In this document: positions 36,373-50,289 of the stretch, one piece after another | Layout of the letters: every line of letters starts with the position of its first letter | How positions within the stretch are numbered: position 1 is the stretch's first letter | Assembly (NCBI RefSeq): GCF_028641065.1 | Contig: NC_073390.1 | Location: 33,728,001-33,792,000, forward strand | DNA from: Leucoraja erinacea | Taxonomy: Eukaryota | Reading direction: 5' to 3' | Length of the DNA stretch: 64,000 nucleotides | Translations under genes and position numbers: made by a program | Notes under the pieces: model-generated | Told to the model about the DNA's origin: nothing | What the model saw: only the letters and a program-made list of their open reading frames with translations | Database searches by the model: none

Positions 36373-36504
36373 ATATTTAAACAGGAAATCCCATTTGAGC
36401 TTGAAAAACACTTTACAATATGTTCCTGGCAAAGAACACCCTATAAAGGAACACAGTGCAGTACAGGAGGTAAAGCAAATTTCAACAACAGATGAATATG
36501 GTTA

Positions 36505-36870
36505 TGCCCCTGTCCCACTTAGGAAACCTGAACGGAAACCTCTGGAGACTTTGCGCCCCACCCAAGGTTTCCGTGCGGTTCCCGGAGGTTTTTTTCAGTC
36601 TCCCTAATGGTCGAATGTGGTTTCCGCTTCTTCTATATTCCGGCGATTATTTCAAAAAATTCAAAACCGGCCACGACTAAAAATAGGTTGCCGTTTTAAA
36701 AATCGGTAATTTTTTACCTGAAGCCGGTTGCGATGCTAGTTGCAGGTGGTTGCCGGAGGTTGCAGGTGGTTGCCGGAGGTTGCAGGTAGTGGAAGGTCTT
36801 ACCTTCCACCACCTGCAACCTCCGGCAGACACCTTCAACCAGCATCGCAACCGGCTTCGACTAAATAAAT
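36505..36870. mobile_element. PIF/Harbinger-like MITE, right end missing
   Basis: TTA followed by TGCCCCTGTCCCAC, the same terminus type as 55795..56089. Internal hairpin 36720-36858 with GGTTGCCGGAGGTTGCAGGT repeats. No matching right TIR seen. Confidence 0.6.
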
Positions 36871-38237
36871 TCAACTCAGGCAGCAACCCCACCACTATGC
36901 CACGGTGGACTGAAAAAGAGATTGAACATCCCTGAAGAGTTTCAACATTGACACGTACCATTGTGAACAGCAAGTATTAGAGTGTCCTTTTTGCCACATA
37001 TGCTTAACACGGACTCATATGAATATATGAAGCTAGAATAGGGTAAACAAAGAAGAAATGAGAATCTTGAAAATCAAGAACCACTGATACTACAACATCC
37101 CTACAATTCTGTCATCTGTGTGATGGGAACTTTGAACCCCAGATTGATGTAATCACCACCTCCGTGCACATGACAACAGTATCAATTAGCTGATATCAAA
37201 GGATTCACCCTACTCATCGATATGAGTAAAGTACTGCTAAGAGTCAACTGTTTAATTTCTAAATGAATTGCAATGTGTTTGTAATACAACCAATGCATTC
37301 TGCAGGGCCTCATTTAAGTGTTTTATGTTAAGGGTAGAGTTCTTTCCCCTTGTAACAAATGCAATATTTTTTATCTTGCTTCTTTCATTTCAGCTGTTCT
37401 GGTTTGCTATGCATTTTCATTTCAGTATATCCTGTGAAGCTTTCTTACCACTGTCTACATTTGTTAAACAGATTACTTGTGTCGAAATCCAGTGGTTTAG
37501 TCACGTCTAGTTATTCCATAGTGTGCTATCTCATCTGAGTTGCGCAGCCAGTGATATCTAAGAGCACTCCCATGTGTTCCCCCAACATCAGTGTTCAGTT
37601 ATTTAGATTGAAACTGGGAGTTTAAATTTCATTGTCCCAACCTTCCAATGCCATGTTTCGGTATCACTTTGACACCCAGAGAATGCTCATAAATTAAACT
37701 TCCTTGAGGAAAAAATGCTTGCAGAGACATATACATCATTTCTATAAAAATATGCCAACAATATGCAATCATGGAGGCAGTTTCTTCATAGAGCTATTGA
37801 TCTTTCTGTCAGCTTCTTCCTAAACAATAATGCAATGTATACATAGAATAGTTGGTCATATGAGACAATCCTTTAAAGGGTGCACACCCGATATTATGTT
37901 ACAGTAATCTCTGGGGTACTCCCGATATGCTGGGCACAATGGCCAATAATTGGTAATAGGAAAGGAATCAGTGATTTGATTGGAATATAAGGCTTTTCCG
38001 ATGAAGGGTGTACTTACACACTTCAATCAGGCTAAGCTTCATCTTTAGGGGGAGTAATTTTAAGTGTTTAATATAGCTATTCCACAAAGGAGACTAACTA
38101 AGAATGAGCAAATTCTCAATACCGAGAGCAGCGGAGGCAAGGAATGGTCCAGGAGCCATATTATGGTTCTCAATTCTACTTCTAAGTGTGATGCATCACA
38201 CAAAAATGATATTAACAGGAAACAACAGAGATACAAT

Positions 38238-38388
38238 ACACAAACAACTACAGGTGCTGGAATCTGGAGCAAAAAATAAAATAAATTGCTGGGATCTTGA
38301 TTCAGGGGCTTGACCTAAAATATTGACACCCCTATACCTCCACATATGCTGCATGCCCATTGAATTCTTCGAGCAGTTTATTTTTTTA
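38238..38388. mobile_element. Old Penelope-end mini-element
   Basis: AACTACAGGTGCTGGAATCTGGAGCAAAAA arm plus a degenerate return arm (ATGCTGCATGCCCATTGAATTCTTCGAGCAG). Confidence 0.55.
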
Positions 38389-40342
38389 ACAACGAGTTAG
38401 AATTAACTGGCACACTGTGCCAACACTTGATTAGAGAAATATACAAAATTAATCCCCCCTCATCCTCTTCACTTCAATTATGCACCCAGTTTTCCCACAA
38501 AAAAGACCTTGCCTGTATTTTTGTATTTAAATGTTAATACATTTCTTTGAGTAACGTCTCCCAGTCTTTTAAATGATTATCCTGATGCTTGCACTCATAT
38601 CTGATGATCAGCCAGAAATTTGTTTCCCCCCCTATGCCACTTGCCATTAAAAAAAAATCTTATTTTATTTTACCTTGCTAATAAATCACTTCTTAATTTT
38701 GGCTGGTTGATTTGTAAAATTATTTCCATAATCTTCCATCTCTTCACAATTATAGAGATCCTGATCTCTGGTATCACATTAATGAACCCATGCCTTGCAT
38801 TGCAATGGCATTACACTCCTTTCCATGATGCAATGTCCAAAGGGCACTCAGTCTCTAGTTGCAGCCCAAGCTTTGACATTCTGATTCCATGTTACAAACC
38901 AGGATGCTAGTGATTTTATTTATGGGTCTAGATACCCATTCTCGTATTTAGATATTTGATCTTTACTTCTATCACATTGAGCAGAATTGATTTATATTCA
39001 AATTTATTGGTTACTTCCAAAAAATCCATTGCTTTATAATTTCTGTCCTTCAATCTTTATCTATTTGCCCATTCTGCCAATCTATCTGGGTCACCTTGAG
39101 TTTTTAAAATCCTGCCCATTGATTAATACTTCTGTTGTTAAGAAATATTTTGATGATGTTCAGTAAACTATCATTATCAATATCTAGCCAAAATAATAGA
39201 TCTAAAATTAGAACTATTGCATGATTGTGAATGGAATAGAAAAGTCAGGTTTGGATTTTTTTCAGTTCATTCATTTTGGAAATGCTGCTTTTTGCCTGTA
39301 CATGTCAAATAAAGTGAAGCAAATAATATATTTTGTTAGCTAGTCTGGGATCACTTAGAAGGATGTGATTATGGAAATGGAAATTAAACCCTTCTATTGA
39401 TTTGCCTCCGATCCATTGAATGGTTGTTCAATAATAGATTGGATGGGATTAAATTGCCAGCAATGTGCCCTGTTCTAAAAGGATATTGTTGACAAACAAT
39501 AAACTATCATAAATAAATAACTATTAATGAAACATTACCCACTATAAAATATGTACTTGGTCACAATGCAAATTAATTTTGATGAGGTATGTGGTTAATT
39601 TCTACTGCATTATGTGAGGTCTATGATCAATAGAAATTCCTGCAGCAGAATTGTTAGAAGATCAAATCTACTATGGAAAGTGCTATTTTAAAATAATTTA
39701 GGAGCTTTAATGGTTTACAGATGCCTCTGAAAAATTGTTTCCTTTCCAGGAATCCTCCTTGCATTATGAGCTTATGGGATGCTGCAGAGTCAAGCCAACC
39801 TAGTGATGGTTTACAATAACTGGCACTTTGCAACAGCTACAAACAAAGCCACTGAAATTATTGATGTCACAAAATGAATTGCTACCTTTAGCTGAACTAC
39901 AAATCTAAAGTGGTTATTAAGTTACAAAAATTGCAATAAATGATTGTTGAATGATTTAAACAATATTTCAACACTGTTACATTGTTGAATAGATTTATAC
40001 TCAGTAGAAGGTGATTAAGAAATACTCTTTAAGTCACACATTTCTGTATTACTTGCTGAGGCACTTTAGAATATTAAAAATAATCTTTCCTTCATGATTG
40101 AAATATAAATATATTTTGGAATGCAGAGCATGAATACTGTCCTTTCCCAAAGAGTGCTAAAATCTCCTTGTTATTTGTAGTAAGCTCCTGGATAATACTG
40201 GTGAGCCTTGAAGGGAACACCAATGTTTTCACAGGCAATTGAGATGTCCCTGCAGAATGCGCCATTGGAGCCTTTTTGCCTCACCATCCAAAGCACTCAG
40301 GAAATTGTCTTCCTGAATGTATTGCCTGTGCCAGCTCTTTGA

Positions 40343-40960
40343 TATAACCATATAACATATAACCATATAACAATTACAGCTCGGAAACAGGCCATCTCGG
40401 CCCTACAAGTCCGTGCCGAACAACTTTTTTTCCCCTTAGTCCCACCTGCCTGCACTCATACCATAACCCTCCATTCTCTTCTCATCCATATGCCTATCCA
40501 ATTTATTTTTAAATGATACCAACGAACATGCCGCCACCACTTCCACTGGAAGCTCATTCCACACCGCTACCACTCTCTGAGTAAGGAAGTTCCCCCTCAT
40601 GTTACCCTTAAACTTCTGTCCCTTAATTCTGAAGTCATGTCCTCTTGTTTGAATCTCCCCTATTCTCAAAGGGAAAAGCTTGTCCACATCAACTCTGTCT
40701 ATCCCTCTCATCATTTTAAAGACTCTATCAAGTCCCCCCTTAACCTTCTGCGCTCCAGAGAATAAAGACCTAACTTATTCAACCTATCTATGTAACTGTA
40801 ACTTAGTTGTTGAAACCCAGGCAACATTATAATACATCTCCTCTGTACTCTCTCTATTTTGTTGACATCCTTCCTATAATTGGGCGACCAAAATTGTACA
40901 CCATACTCCAGATTTGGTCTCACCAATGCCTTGTACAATTTTAACATTACATCCCAGCTT
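40343..40960 (-). mobile_element. CR1 3' fragment
   Basis: LYKALVRPNLEYGVQFWSP, LERRRLRGDLIE and QRVVAVWNELP on the minus strand, with an (ATAACCAT)n tail. Confidence 0.92.
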
Positions 40961-41109
40961 ATATCATCCCAGCACAGCTTATTACATCCCAGCATAGTTA
41001 CCCATTTCATAACAGTCTCTTATTCATTCAACATGACTCGGCAAATTTCTCTTTTCCAGTATATATATGATATCTCTGACTGATTTCATGGAGAGCTTTG
41101 TAGATAAGT

Positions 41110-43360
41110 AAGAGTCAAAGTCACACAACATGGTAAGAGGCTCTTCGGCCCAACTCATCCATGCCGACCAATATGCCTCGTCTAAAATAATCCTATTTAC
41201 TATGTTGCCTCCTATCCTTTGGTTATCTTAAAACCAAATGCAACTTGTGGATCATTTTATATGTTTCTACTATAATTTGTGTAAAGAATTGTTTCCTAAC
41301 GTCATTCTCACTGTGGTTCTTGATTCCCCAACCAGTAGATCTATATTATCTCTATCAATCCCTCTTAAGAATAAAGAGGTCTTTCTTATGAATATGGTGC
41401 TCAGAACTGCCCTCATTGCTCTGGATGAGAGTTAACCAGTACTTCATATAACATTACTTTGAGACTCATAGATTAGGGTCTTCAATTCATACAGCAGGAA
41501 AGTAAGACCATCAGTCAGCCTGATGACCCAACACCCAATTACACTAATCAAGCACTAATCCATTTATTCCCATTAACATTCCCCTCAACACATAGATTTT
41601 ATGATACACCTACATGCAAGGGGCACTTTGGAGTGGCAAATTAACCTATCAACCAGCATGGGTTTGAAACGTGGAAGGAACATCCACACCCATGAGCCTC
41701 AGGGAGTGCGCACAAGCACAGACAAGATTGGAGTTGAACCTGGCTCATTGGAATTATGAGACAGCAACGCTATTAGCCGTGCCAGTGATATCTATTTTAC
41801 TTAATCACTATTTATTCACACATTTTCTTGATTTTTGTTTTGAACTAAATAAATGTTGTAGCAATCCCAAATCACACAAATTTCCAAATCTCTGGATCTC
41901 CAATGCATTAGGCTTTCATTGCCAATGACATATTCTTTTCCATCCTGTTTAGATTCTAAGTGGCTTCCTTTATATTTGCTGTTGAAACCCATTTTCAAAA
42001 TTGGAAGTCATGCTCAAATATCCTCTGGATCCCATTAGACCTATTCTACCACTTTGAGAACCTGCCCATTATCCTTCCTCTACCGTACTGCTCAGCTAAT
42101 ATTCCAGACAGGATAATTGATTTCAGCTGCAATTTTGTTGACTATTCTTTTTTGAGGGGCTTCATCTAATGGCTACGTCCATGTGCATAACATCCATGGA
42201 CATTCCCTTGTTCACTATTGTTGCAGTCATTTAAAAAAATATCGACTCAACAGGCATAACCCTACCCTTTACAAATCCACGCCAGCTTTTCCCGATTAAT
42301 TGAATTTTTATTTAATGTATTTTGTGAATTTATCCTCGAGCAATTTCCTGAGCACAGATGGTGTATAAATCTCTAGTTTCCTTCTCGTACTTAAAAAAAT
42401 AACACATTAAATTGTTCAAATTTGGGAATGGCTCCCAAATCAAGAAAACTTTAGAAAGTTTTAGTCTGGGAATCTGCAACGTTCTCACTCAATTCCTTTA
42501 AATGCTTGGATGGAAAAAAAAACCCTTGGAATTGGAGCTGGGAATTTATCACTCTTTGGAACCCTTGTTTGTTTTGCCACCATGACTTTATTGCATTAAT
42601 TTTGCTAAGTCCCTGACACATTTTAATATGAAGTCATGTGAAGATGATCATGTTGTTATTCTTCCCCTCCACTCTAAATACGGATGCAGAGGTATTATTC
42701 AACATGTCTGCCATGTATCTGTTTTCAGTAACAATAATACCATTGAATATTTTTAAGGGGCCTTGGATCACACTCCTATTTTCAAATATGATATATTTGA
42801 ATGTAAAATGGTTTTCACATTCTTTGCAGATTTCTTTCCATGCTCCTTTTTCACCATTTGCTGTTATATATCTCTCTCTCTATTACAGTTAGTTTTTCCC
42901 CTCTAACATGCTTACAAAAAGATCTGAGGAAATTTTATGATATTTAATGTCCTATGAAAACATAAATTGTTGTTGTCTCAATTACAAAAACATGCTGGTG
43001 CTAACCATCAAGAGATCACATGTCTACATTTCTAATTTGTGTTTTTTCTGTAAAGTCACAGGATGGAAAGGGGCCTTTCAGGTCAATTAGTCCATGCCCA
43101 TCAAGGTGCCGTCCTGAGATAGTCCCATTTGTCTGTGTCTGGCCCATATCCATTCAAACCTTTTCTATTCATGAACCTGTCTAAATGTATCTCACTGATC
43201 AACAAGACAATACGACCATACGATCAAGGAGCAGAATTAGGCCTATTCAGCCCATCGAGTCTACTTTGCCATTCCATCACGGCTGATCTATTTTTCCCTC
43301 TCAACCCCATTCTTCTGCCTTCTCCCCATAACCTTTGATGCCCCTTCCTAATGAAGAACA
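41110..43360 (-). mobile_element. Patchwork of old CR1 and SINE fragments
   Basis: CR1-like 3' ends at about 41110-41460 and 43050-43360, a SINE-like segment at about 41480-41790, and an RT-like remnant at about 42100-42340. Boundaries approximate. Confidence 0.5.
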
Positions 43361-44104
43361 AGTTCAAATGATGTCAGCAATTTATTTTATTTGCTTATAT
43401 ATGTGGTTACAATCTTTTTGTGCCCAATTGACTTAATCCTTTACAAATGTTAAACGTAAAGCTTTTCCAGCTTCTGATGGTATATTTTCCCCTGCCGATC
43501 AGATTTTTCCTGGCAATGCAATTCAGATGGACTGAGATCAGGAAATACGGTAATGTTCAAACCCGCCTATTCCCTGTTGGAAACCCAAAGCAACAATTTT
43601 CCAGCTGGGCGTGAAACTGGCATTGCTTTTGAATCAAAATTCAGTAACAATAGCATTTGTAATTGCTTTCCCTTTTCTTCCTTGCTGTGTTTCTTAAATA
43701 TTTATGCAAATTGTACTATTTTTTAAATTTTGTTTTGATATTTTGGCAGTAGAATATAATAAAAATGTTTCAGTTGAAATAGAATATTGTTTTCAGGATC
43801 CTCATGCAAGGATACTGCAGTCCCATCATTTATAAAAGATGAAAGAAAAACTGTTAGTGAGCTGACAAGGAGTGAGAAATCATTTAATAATTACAGAATC
43901 CATGCTCTTGAGAACTAATTAAAGTGGAGGATGGGCTGCCTTGAAATGAATCCACACTGCATTATTTATCTTGTAGATGAGATGGTGCCGTGCTATGCAG
44001 TTTACAAAGCTCCAGAGCTGAGCTGCGCTCTCATTATGCCACGGCTTTGATTGAAGTAGCATCTTTCTGTGTGGGATCTTGATCAGTTATACCCTCTTTA
44101 GTGA

Positions 44105-47100
44105 AGAGTCAAGATTGTTTTATTGTCATGTGTATCGCCAATGGAACAATTTTACTTCGGAGTCACGTGAGTGATTCCGTGAAGAACCCAGCAGGTACTG
44201 CGCATGCGGCATTATCGCACAGCTGTGCAACGCGGCCAGTGGGAGTCGGGCTAGCTCCCGCATCCAAGGAACGAGAGGTAAGTACTTACCTTAATCGGGC
44301 CTTGTGGTTTTTGCTCCAGGGGGAGCAAAGTAGAGAGGCATGGTGAGCGGCCCCCGTTTCGACTCCAGCGTGGAGCCGACAGTGGACGGGGAAAAAGCGC
44401 TACCCGGACCGCAAACGCTGCGGACCGCTGCAAGGAGCTGCGCTATACCGGTCCGCTGAACAGCTGTTTGGTAACAGCGGCGGACCGGCGGGAAGTTTAA
44501 AAAACCCGACCAGCAGCCCTGCAGACTCCTGACCAGGAGAATCACCGCCCGGGAACCGCCACAACGCCGCCTGGAAAACGGCAGGCAGCCTCTACATGCA
44601 GGTAAGAGAAAAATCTTCCCAATTTACAGGTTCTACAGGAGCCAACTTCCTCCAAAACTGGAACAGGTTGGAGAAGGCAAAAATAAGTATGTCTGTCTCC
44701 CCAAGCCAGAGGAGGTCATGGAGTTCACCTCCAGGAGAAAAGGGGCACTGGCTGAATGCCAAGGGAGCTGACTCCTACCCCAGTGCTATTGCACTAGCCA
44801 TCTCCCTTGTCAAGGGATTGATGCAACAGCGGAGTTTGAGCTATGCCTCCTCCAATTTAGCACACCCTTTTGCTCCCTCTTTTGAGGCTAGCTAAGGAGG
44901 CCAGGGCTGGGCTGGCTTAAACGCTGGGCAGGCGGACGAGAACAGCAGTATGCCAGGGGAGCAGGATCAGGAAGAGCTACTGGGTGTCGTGGGCCACTAC
45001 ATGGCTCCTCCACGCGACCATCTTCCCAACAAAAGTCCTGCAGGAGCAGGCCTTTCCAGAGGCAAATCCGCAGGCAGCTGGGTCAGCAGACTCGCAGACA
45101 AGCAGCGAATTCTACAGAAGGGTCAAGATGTTACCACCTTTGCTCGCCTTTTCCACGGATTATACTCTCCCAGGATGAGACTATCCCATTGCACTACCAG
45201 GGTGCTGACGACTAAGATGTTCCCAAATTTGGGATACTCGACTACTCGACTGAAATGGTGCATATAGACCTGCCCGCAACCCCAAATATATGGGGCTATG
45301 CAAACCGCTGCTGCGGGAAGAGAGGCAGATAAACCTGTGCGCCTCATGAAGGCAGGCCATGGAACGAGCAGGACATCGCATCCAACACCCAGCTGGCAGC
45401 ACCCCTCGGCATCCACCAGTGAATCAAACAAGGACTGGTGAAAGCCTGGCGACCGCTTCACTTTACCCCCAAAGTTCTTTTTAGACGGGGCCCAGAGCGG
45501 AGCCCGTGGGAGAATACGCCGCCCCAGCGACAGCACCAGCATACCAGCAAACTACGCCTTCATGAAAAAACAACAAACATGGAGGTAGGTAGTCTGGTTC
45601 CTCCCGTTTACACTAAACAAGGGTGTTCTACTAACTGCGTGGGGGGGCATTTACACTTGTGGATAAAGCATGGGATGCTGTCACAAATAACTAAAATATA
45701 CTCAACAGTCTTAGAGGATAAAAACGAATTCAAATTGGGCATATTACCGCCAGTTCAGCAATGCGCCCAAAGGGCATTTTCTCCCTCTAAGAAAAGAGAA
45801 GTGAGAAGGTCAAGCTGAACTAGAAAGGCTCATTACTAAACGGATCATGGGAGTAAACATGAGCCATTGGAATTTGTATCGAATATATTCACCAAAACTA
45901 CAATAGATGGTGAATGTAGCATCATCATTGATCTAATATCACTAAATAAATCTGTTGAGTATATACACTTTAAGATGGAGATGGGTTCTTGTCACTGCCA
46001 GACATCTGATCTCCCTAGGATACCTATGGGGAGCATTGATATGGAAGATGCTAACTATCTTATACCCATACACTAGGATCATTATAGATACCTAAAAAAT
46101 TTTACCTGGATAATGGATATCCCGGTTAGGGCAACCATGGGAGCATATAGCATTCCCTATGGTCTAACCTCAGCCCTAAACTATTATAAATGGCCATGAA
46201 AATATTAAGAAAACAAGCATAATCATGGCATATATTGGATGATATCCTCATATTAGGGGAAACAAAGGAATTAGCTGTGGCAGCAGTTCTAGCTACGAAA
46301 CAGCTCCCTAAAGCTGAGGTTTATCCCACGCCCAGATAAACCAGAATTGAAGCGTTAACTACCAAGGATTATCTGGGCTTCAATAATAATTCCGTCCATA
46401 TGACTGTTACTTTGCCAAGGTACTTGGGTCACTATAATCAAATCATGAATGTACCCACTGAAGCTATATCACAATTAAGGTGGTGGGCAGACATATATTT
46501 GGCATAGTTTTCAGCCCTATTATCATCACCAATCCCAACCTGGTTATTAAAAACCGATGCCAGTACTTTAGGCTGGGGAGCAACTAAACTCCATATCCAG
46601 CACAGGTAACAGATGGACCAATTCACAAACATCGTTACTACACATACCGGGCATCAACTACTTGGGATTGGTGATCGCCTATTGGGCTAAATAGCATATG
46701 CATTTCAAATGCAGCACGTACATATGTGGTTACGGATTGATAATACTATGGTGGTGGCTTATATCAACCATATGGGGAGCATAATAATCATTATTGTGCA
46801 ACAAATTGGTCAAACAAATCTGGCAATGGTGTGTCAAAAGACATTTTAACTATCAGCTGCCTATGTCCTAGGAAGCTAGAACACAGTGGGAGACACCATG
46901 TCACGGGGTAAAATCCATGATTACATTGAATAGATGTCAAACCCAAAATATCTGCTAAATTTATTAAGCAGTTTGAAAGCCAGATATCAATTTGGTTGCA
47001 CAAGACGGAATCACCAGTAACCCATGTATGTGACTTAGGAACCAGATTAGAGGCAGCAGCGATAGATGCCTATACGCTGGAAGGGGGAATTTCTGCTTTG

Positions 47101-49290
47101 CCTTCCTCCCTTCTGCCTCATCAGACGGGCACTTCGCAATACAGAGGGATCTGTCTCCGAGATATTGAACGTGCCCGACCGGCCTACACAGCCATGGTTC
47201 CCAGTTCATCACGACACGGTGGGCGAGTCACCTATGGATTTCCCTAGTGGACCATGGTTGCTGACTCAACCCAGTATCAGGCACAAGCCACCCATGCCAG
47301 GGAAACATCAAACTCCTGGGTGCAGGGTTTGAATAGACCTTACCAGGGACTGGGATTATCCAAAGGAACCATTACCACCATGTCGGCATCCCTGCGAACA
47401 GTCACTAAAAGCTAACATGGGTAAAATACTGCCACGACGCAGGGACAACGAACTATTCAACCACTGACGTATTGGAGTTCCTGGAACATCTACACCATGA
47501 CTAAAAGGTGAGTTACAGTGCCGTAAATACAGCATGGAGCGCCTTATCTGCTTATCTAAAACAGCATGTCAGCAGAGCATGGGATCCCATCCACTGAAGG
47601 TATGAAGGGCAACTATAATATAAGCCCCAAACACCCAGGTATATACCCATGTATGGGATATTGGTGTGACATTGACATGTCTCAGAGATGGCACCAGCCA
47701 GATCCCTCAGCTTGCTTAATCTATGTTTTTAAAAAAACGCTCATGCTTATGGCTCTCGTACACGCTCACAGAGTCCAGTCACTCCATAAACCAGACTGGA
47801 TAACATGGTGATTACCCCAGACGCATCACGTTCATATTTAGGTCTGGTAAAATCTAACTCGCAGGTATATGGGACTAGGCGAGATTATGAGTTCGGCACG
47901 AACTAGTAGGGTCGAGATCGCCTGTGTTTCCCGTGCTGTAGTCTTTATATGGCTATATGGACCAGGAACGCCCAATTCACTGGTGGGATTCCGGGCCTAC
48001 CCACCAGAGTCCAGGTTGAGTGTGGTGACCCATCTACTACTATATATAGACACAACCCACAATCTTAGAGGGAGAGGAAAGCCTATGGGTCAACCACAGT
48101 AACCCAAGACGGGGTACGAGCCAAACCACTCCAAGGTGGCTCAAACAGGTACCGAAAGCTGCCGGAATAGATAATAAAGAGATTTAATCCCATTCCACTA
48201 GGGCAGCATTGGTATCAGCGGCTGAACGAATGGACATCCCGGTTGACCACATTTTCAATACAGCAGAATGGTCAAGGGAACGGCGTTCAGAACATTTTGT
48301 TTTTATTATAAACCGTTGATAAACCTGATTTAATTGCAGGAGAATATTACAAACTGCAATATTAATTTAAGCTCAGAGGAGCTCTTTTATGTTGTTATTG
48401 TTAACAAATACCTTTCTGTTTCTTTTGAAAGCAGATCAACTGGTTGATTACGATAACACTTCCTCCCTCATAAACTTCGGCAGTGAGTGAAATAAAAACT
48501 GTTACACGGTTTGAAATCACAGACCTTTGAAGTCTTCACGGAATCACTCACGTGACTCCGAAGTAAAATAGTTAGATTAAACGAGTACTTACCAGTATGA
48601 AGTTTGATCTGTATTTTATGAGGAGTTACGGTGAGGGATTAAGTGCCCGCCGCTCCCACCCTCATTATATAGATCAAGCTAATAAACTGATGTCTCGTGA
48701 TCTTTACTATCTTACTTCAAATATTGTGTCTATTCTGTGATTCCACACCGCTGCTTCGAAGTATGCCGCATGCGCAGTACCTGCTGGGTTCTTCACTTAA
48801 TCCCTCACCGTAACTCCTCATAAAATACAGATCAAACTTCATACTGGTAAGTACTCGTTTAATCTAACTATTAAATTCTTACCTGCTGCAGCTGATCAGG
48901 CACACCAATGCAATAATACACAAATAAATATACAATAATCAATAATGTAATAAATTCATATTCAGTAATATTGGCTAACCAGATCAGAATAGTCTAAACC
49001 TGAAGCTCATAGTGCAACCAAAAACAGTTCATTGAAGATCATAGTTGCTGAGATAGTGGTTTATGTTGTGTAATGTTCAAGAGCATGATGGTTGTTGGGA
49101 AGAAGGTGTTCTTGATCCAGGTGGTCACGGTTTTTAGGCTCCTGTACCTTCTTCTTAATAGCAGTAGCAAGATGAGAGTATGGCCATAGTCGTCAGGGTC
49201 TTTGACGATATTGGTTGCCTTTTTGAGGCACCTCCTCTTGTAGATCCCTTCGATAGTGAGGAGATCAGCACCCATGATGGACCTCATGTT
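44105..49290 (-). mobile_element. Rex1/Babar LINE 3' fragment split by the DIRS element
   Basis: Tail TCAAGATTGTTTTATTGTCATGTG...GGAACAAT (to 44150) resumes as AAATTCTTACCTGCTGCAGC (from 48873). ORF 49039..49287 has RRYRSLKTVTTWIKNTFFP. Confidence 0.8.
44149..48872 (+). mobile_element. DIRS1-like tyrosine-recombinase retrotransposon, complete termini, decayed ORFs
   Basis: ITR match 44179-44212 / 48763-48796. ICR 48533-48645 is complementary to the left end (44149-44185) and right extension (48794-48872). RT remnant FVSNIFTK..IIDLISLNKSVEYIHFKME, RNase H KTDASTLGWGA and VVAYINHMG, methyltransferase-like PPFCLIRRAL...PTQPWF, recombinase HSTRAA...TAEWS near 48190-48275. Confidence 0.93.
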
Positions 49291-49502
49291 GCCAAATGGA
49301 AGAAAACCTTGCAGACATCAAAGATACAGCACTGCCTGCTTATTGTTTGCATTTGTTTTTCTCTCAGAACAGTTTAGGGATCATCCCAGGTCTCAATCAG
49401 ATAACAAAAGCATTGGTCAGTCCACTCATATTTCATAGGAAGATGATATTGTAGAACAATGTCACAATGAACGCTAGAAGACAAAGGACAAGAATGTAAA
49501 CA

Positions 49503-49825
49503 GGGTAGTATAGTGGTGCAGCGTGTAGAGCTGCTTCCTCTCTGTTACAGGGTTCAAACCCAATCTCTGGTGCGAACAAAATGTAGTTATTTTCTCTCCC
49601 TATGTCTGAATCAGTTTCCCCCAGCTGCTCTGATTTCCTCTCGTGTGATGCTCAATATGTGAATTGGTTGTTCTAACGCACCACTAATGAGGTGCATAGT
49701 GGAATGATCAGGGAGCAGTTGATGGGCATGAGAGAGAGAACAGGTGAATAGATTGATAAGGATTACTCTGGGAGCTGACTGACTGACTGCAAGGCTGAAT
49801 GTTCTCCTTCTACCTTATTCGGAAA
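49503..49825 (+). mobile_element. Old tRNA-derived SINE
   Basis: GTGGTGCAGCGTGTAGAGCTGCTTCCTC...GGGTTCAAACC head and CTCTGATTTCCTC core. Confidence 0.6.
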
Positions 49826-50289
49826 TCTAATATGAGAAGAACTAGAGATAGAAGCTTTCAGTAGCAAACATTAGGATATGTCTAATGGTGTGCTGTAGGT
49901 TAAATATGTCTAATGGTGTACATGAAGGATAAATTGAGGAAAATAATTTACATCATGGTAAAATTATGTATCAAAATGAATTGAGTCAGACCGTTGGGGA
50001 GGATAAAAGATCCTCTAAAAATAATTTTTACAGGTGACAACTTCAAATAGTGAATTGCTACTTTGTTAAGATGTTTGTCAGTACTGTACAAGCTTGTTAA
50101 TGTTGTCATGAGCCTGTTACATAAGGTTGAAGGTAAAGCAAATTTATTAACATACTAAATTATTCTCTAAACATTATTATTAATTATATGCAAATTCAAA
50201 CTGTCAACTATGACTTGGTCAATGGCACAGTTGTCTCTGTTCCAGAAGGTTGTTGTTTCATATCTTAATTTAGAGACAAGTTGAATACA

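Noticed and set aside
43798-43920. Possible exon of a neighbouring gene (acceptor TTTTCAG plus about 40 open codons)
   Set aside because: No recognisable protein similarity, and similar acceptor-like sites (35599, 39749) are expected by chance.
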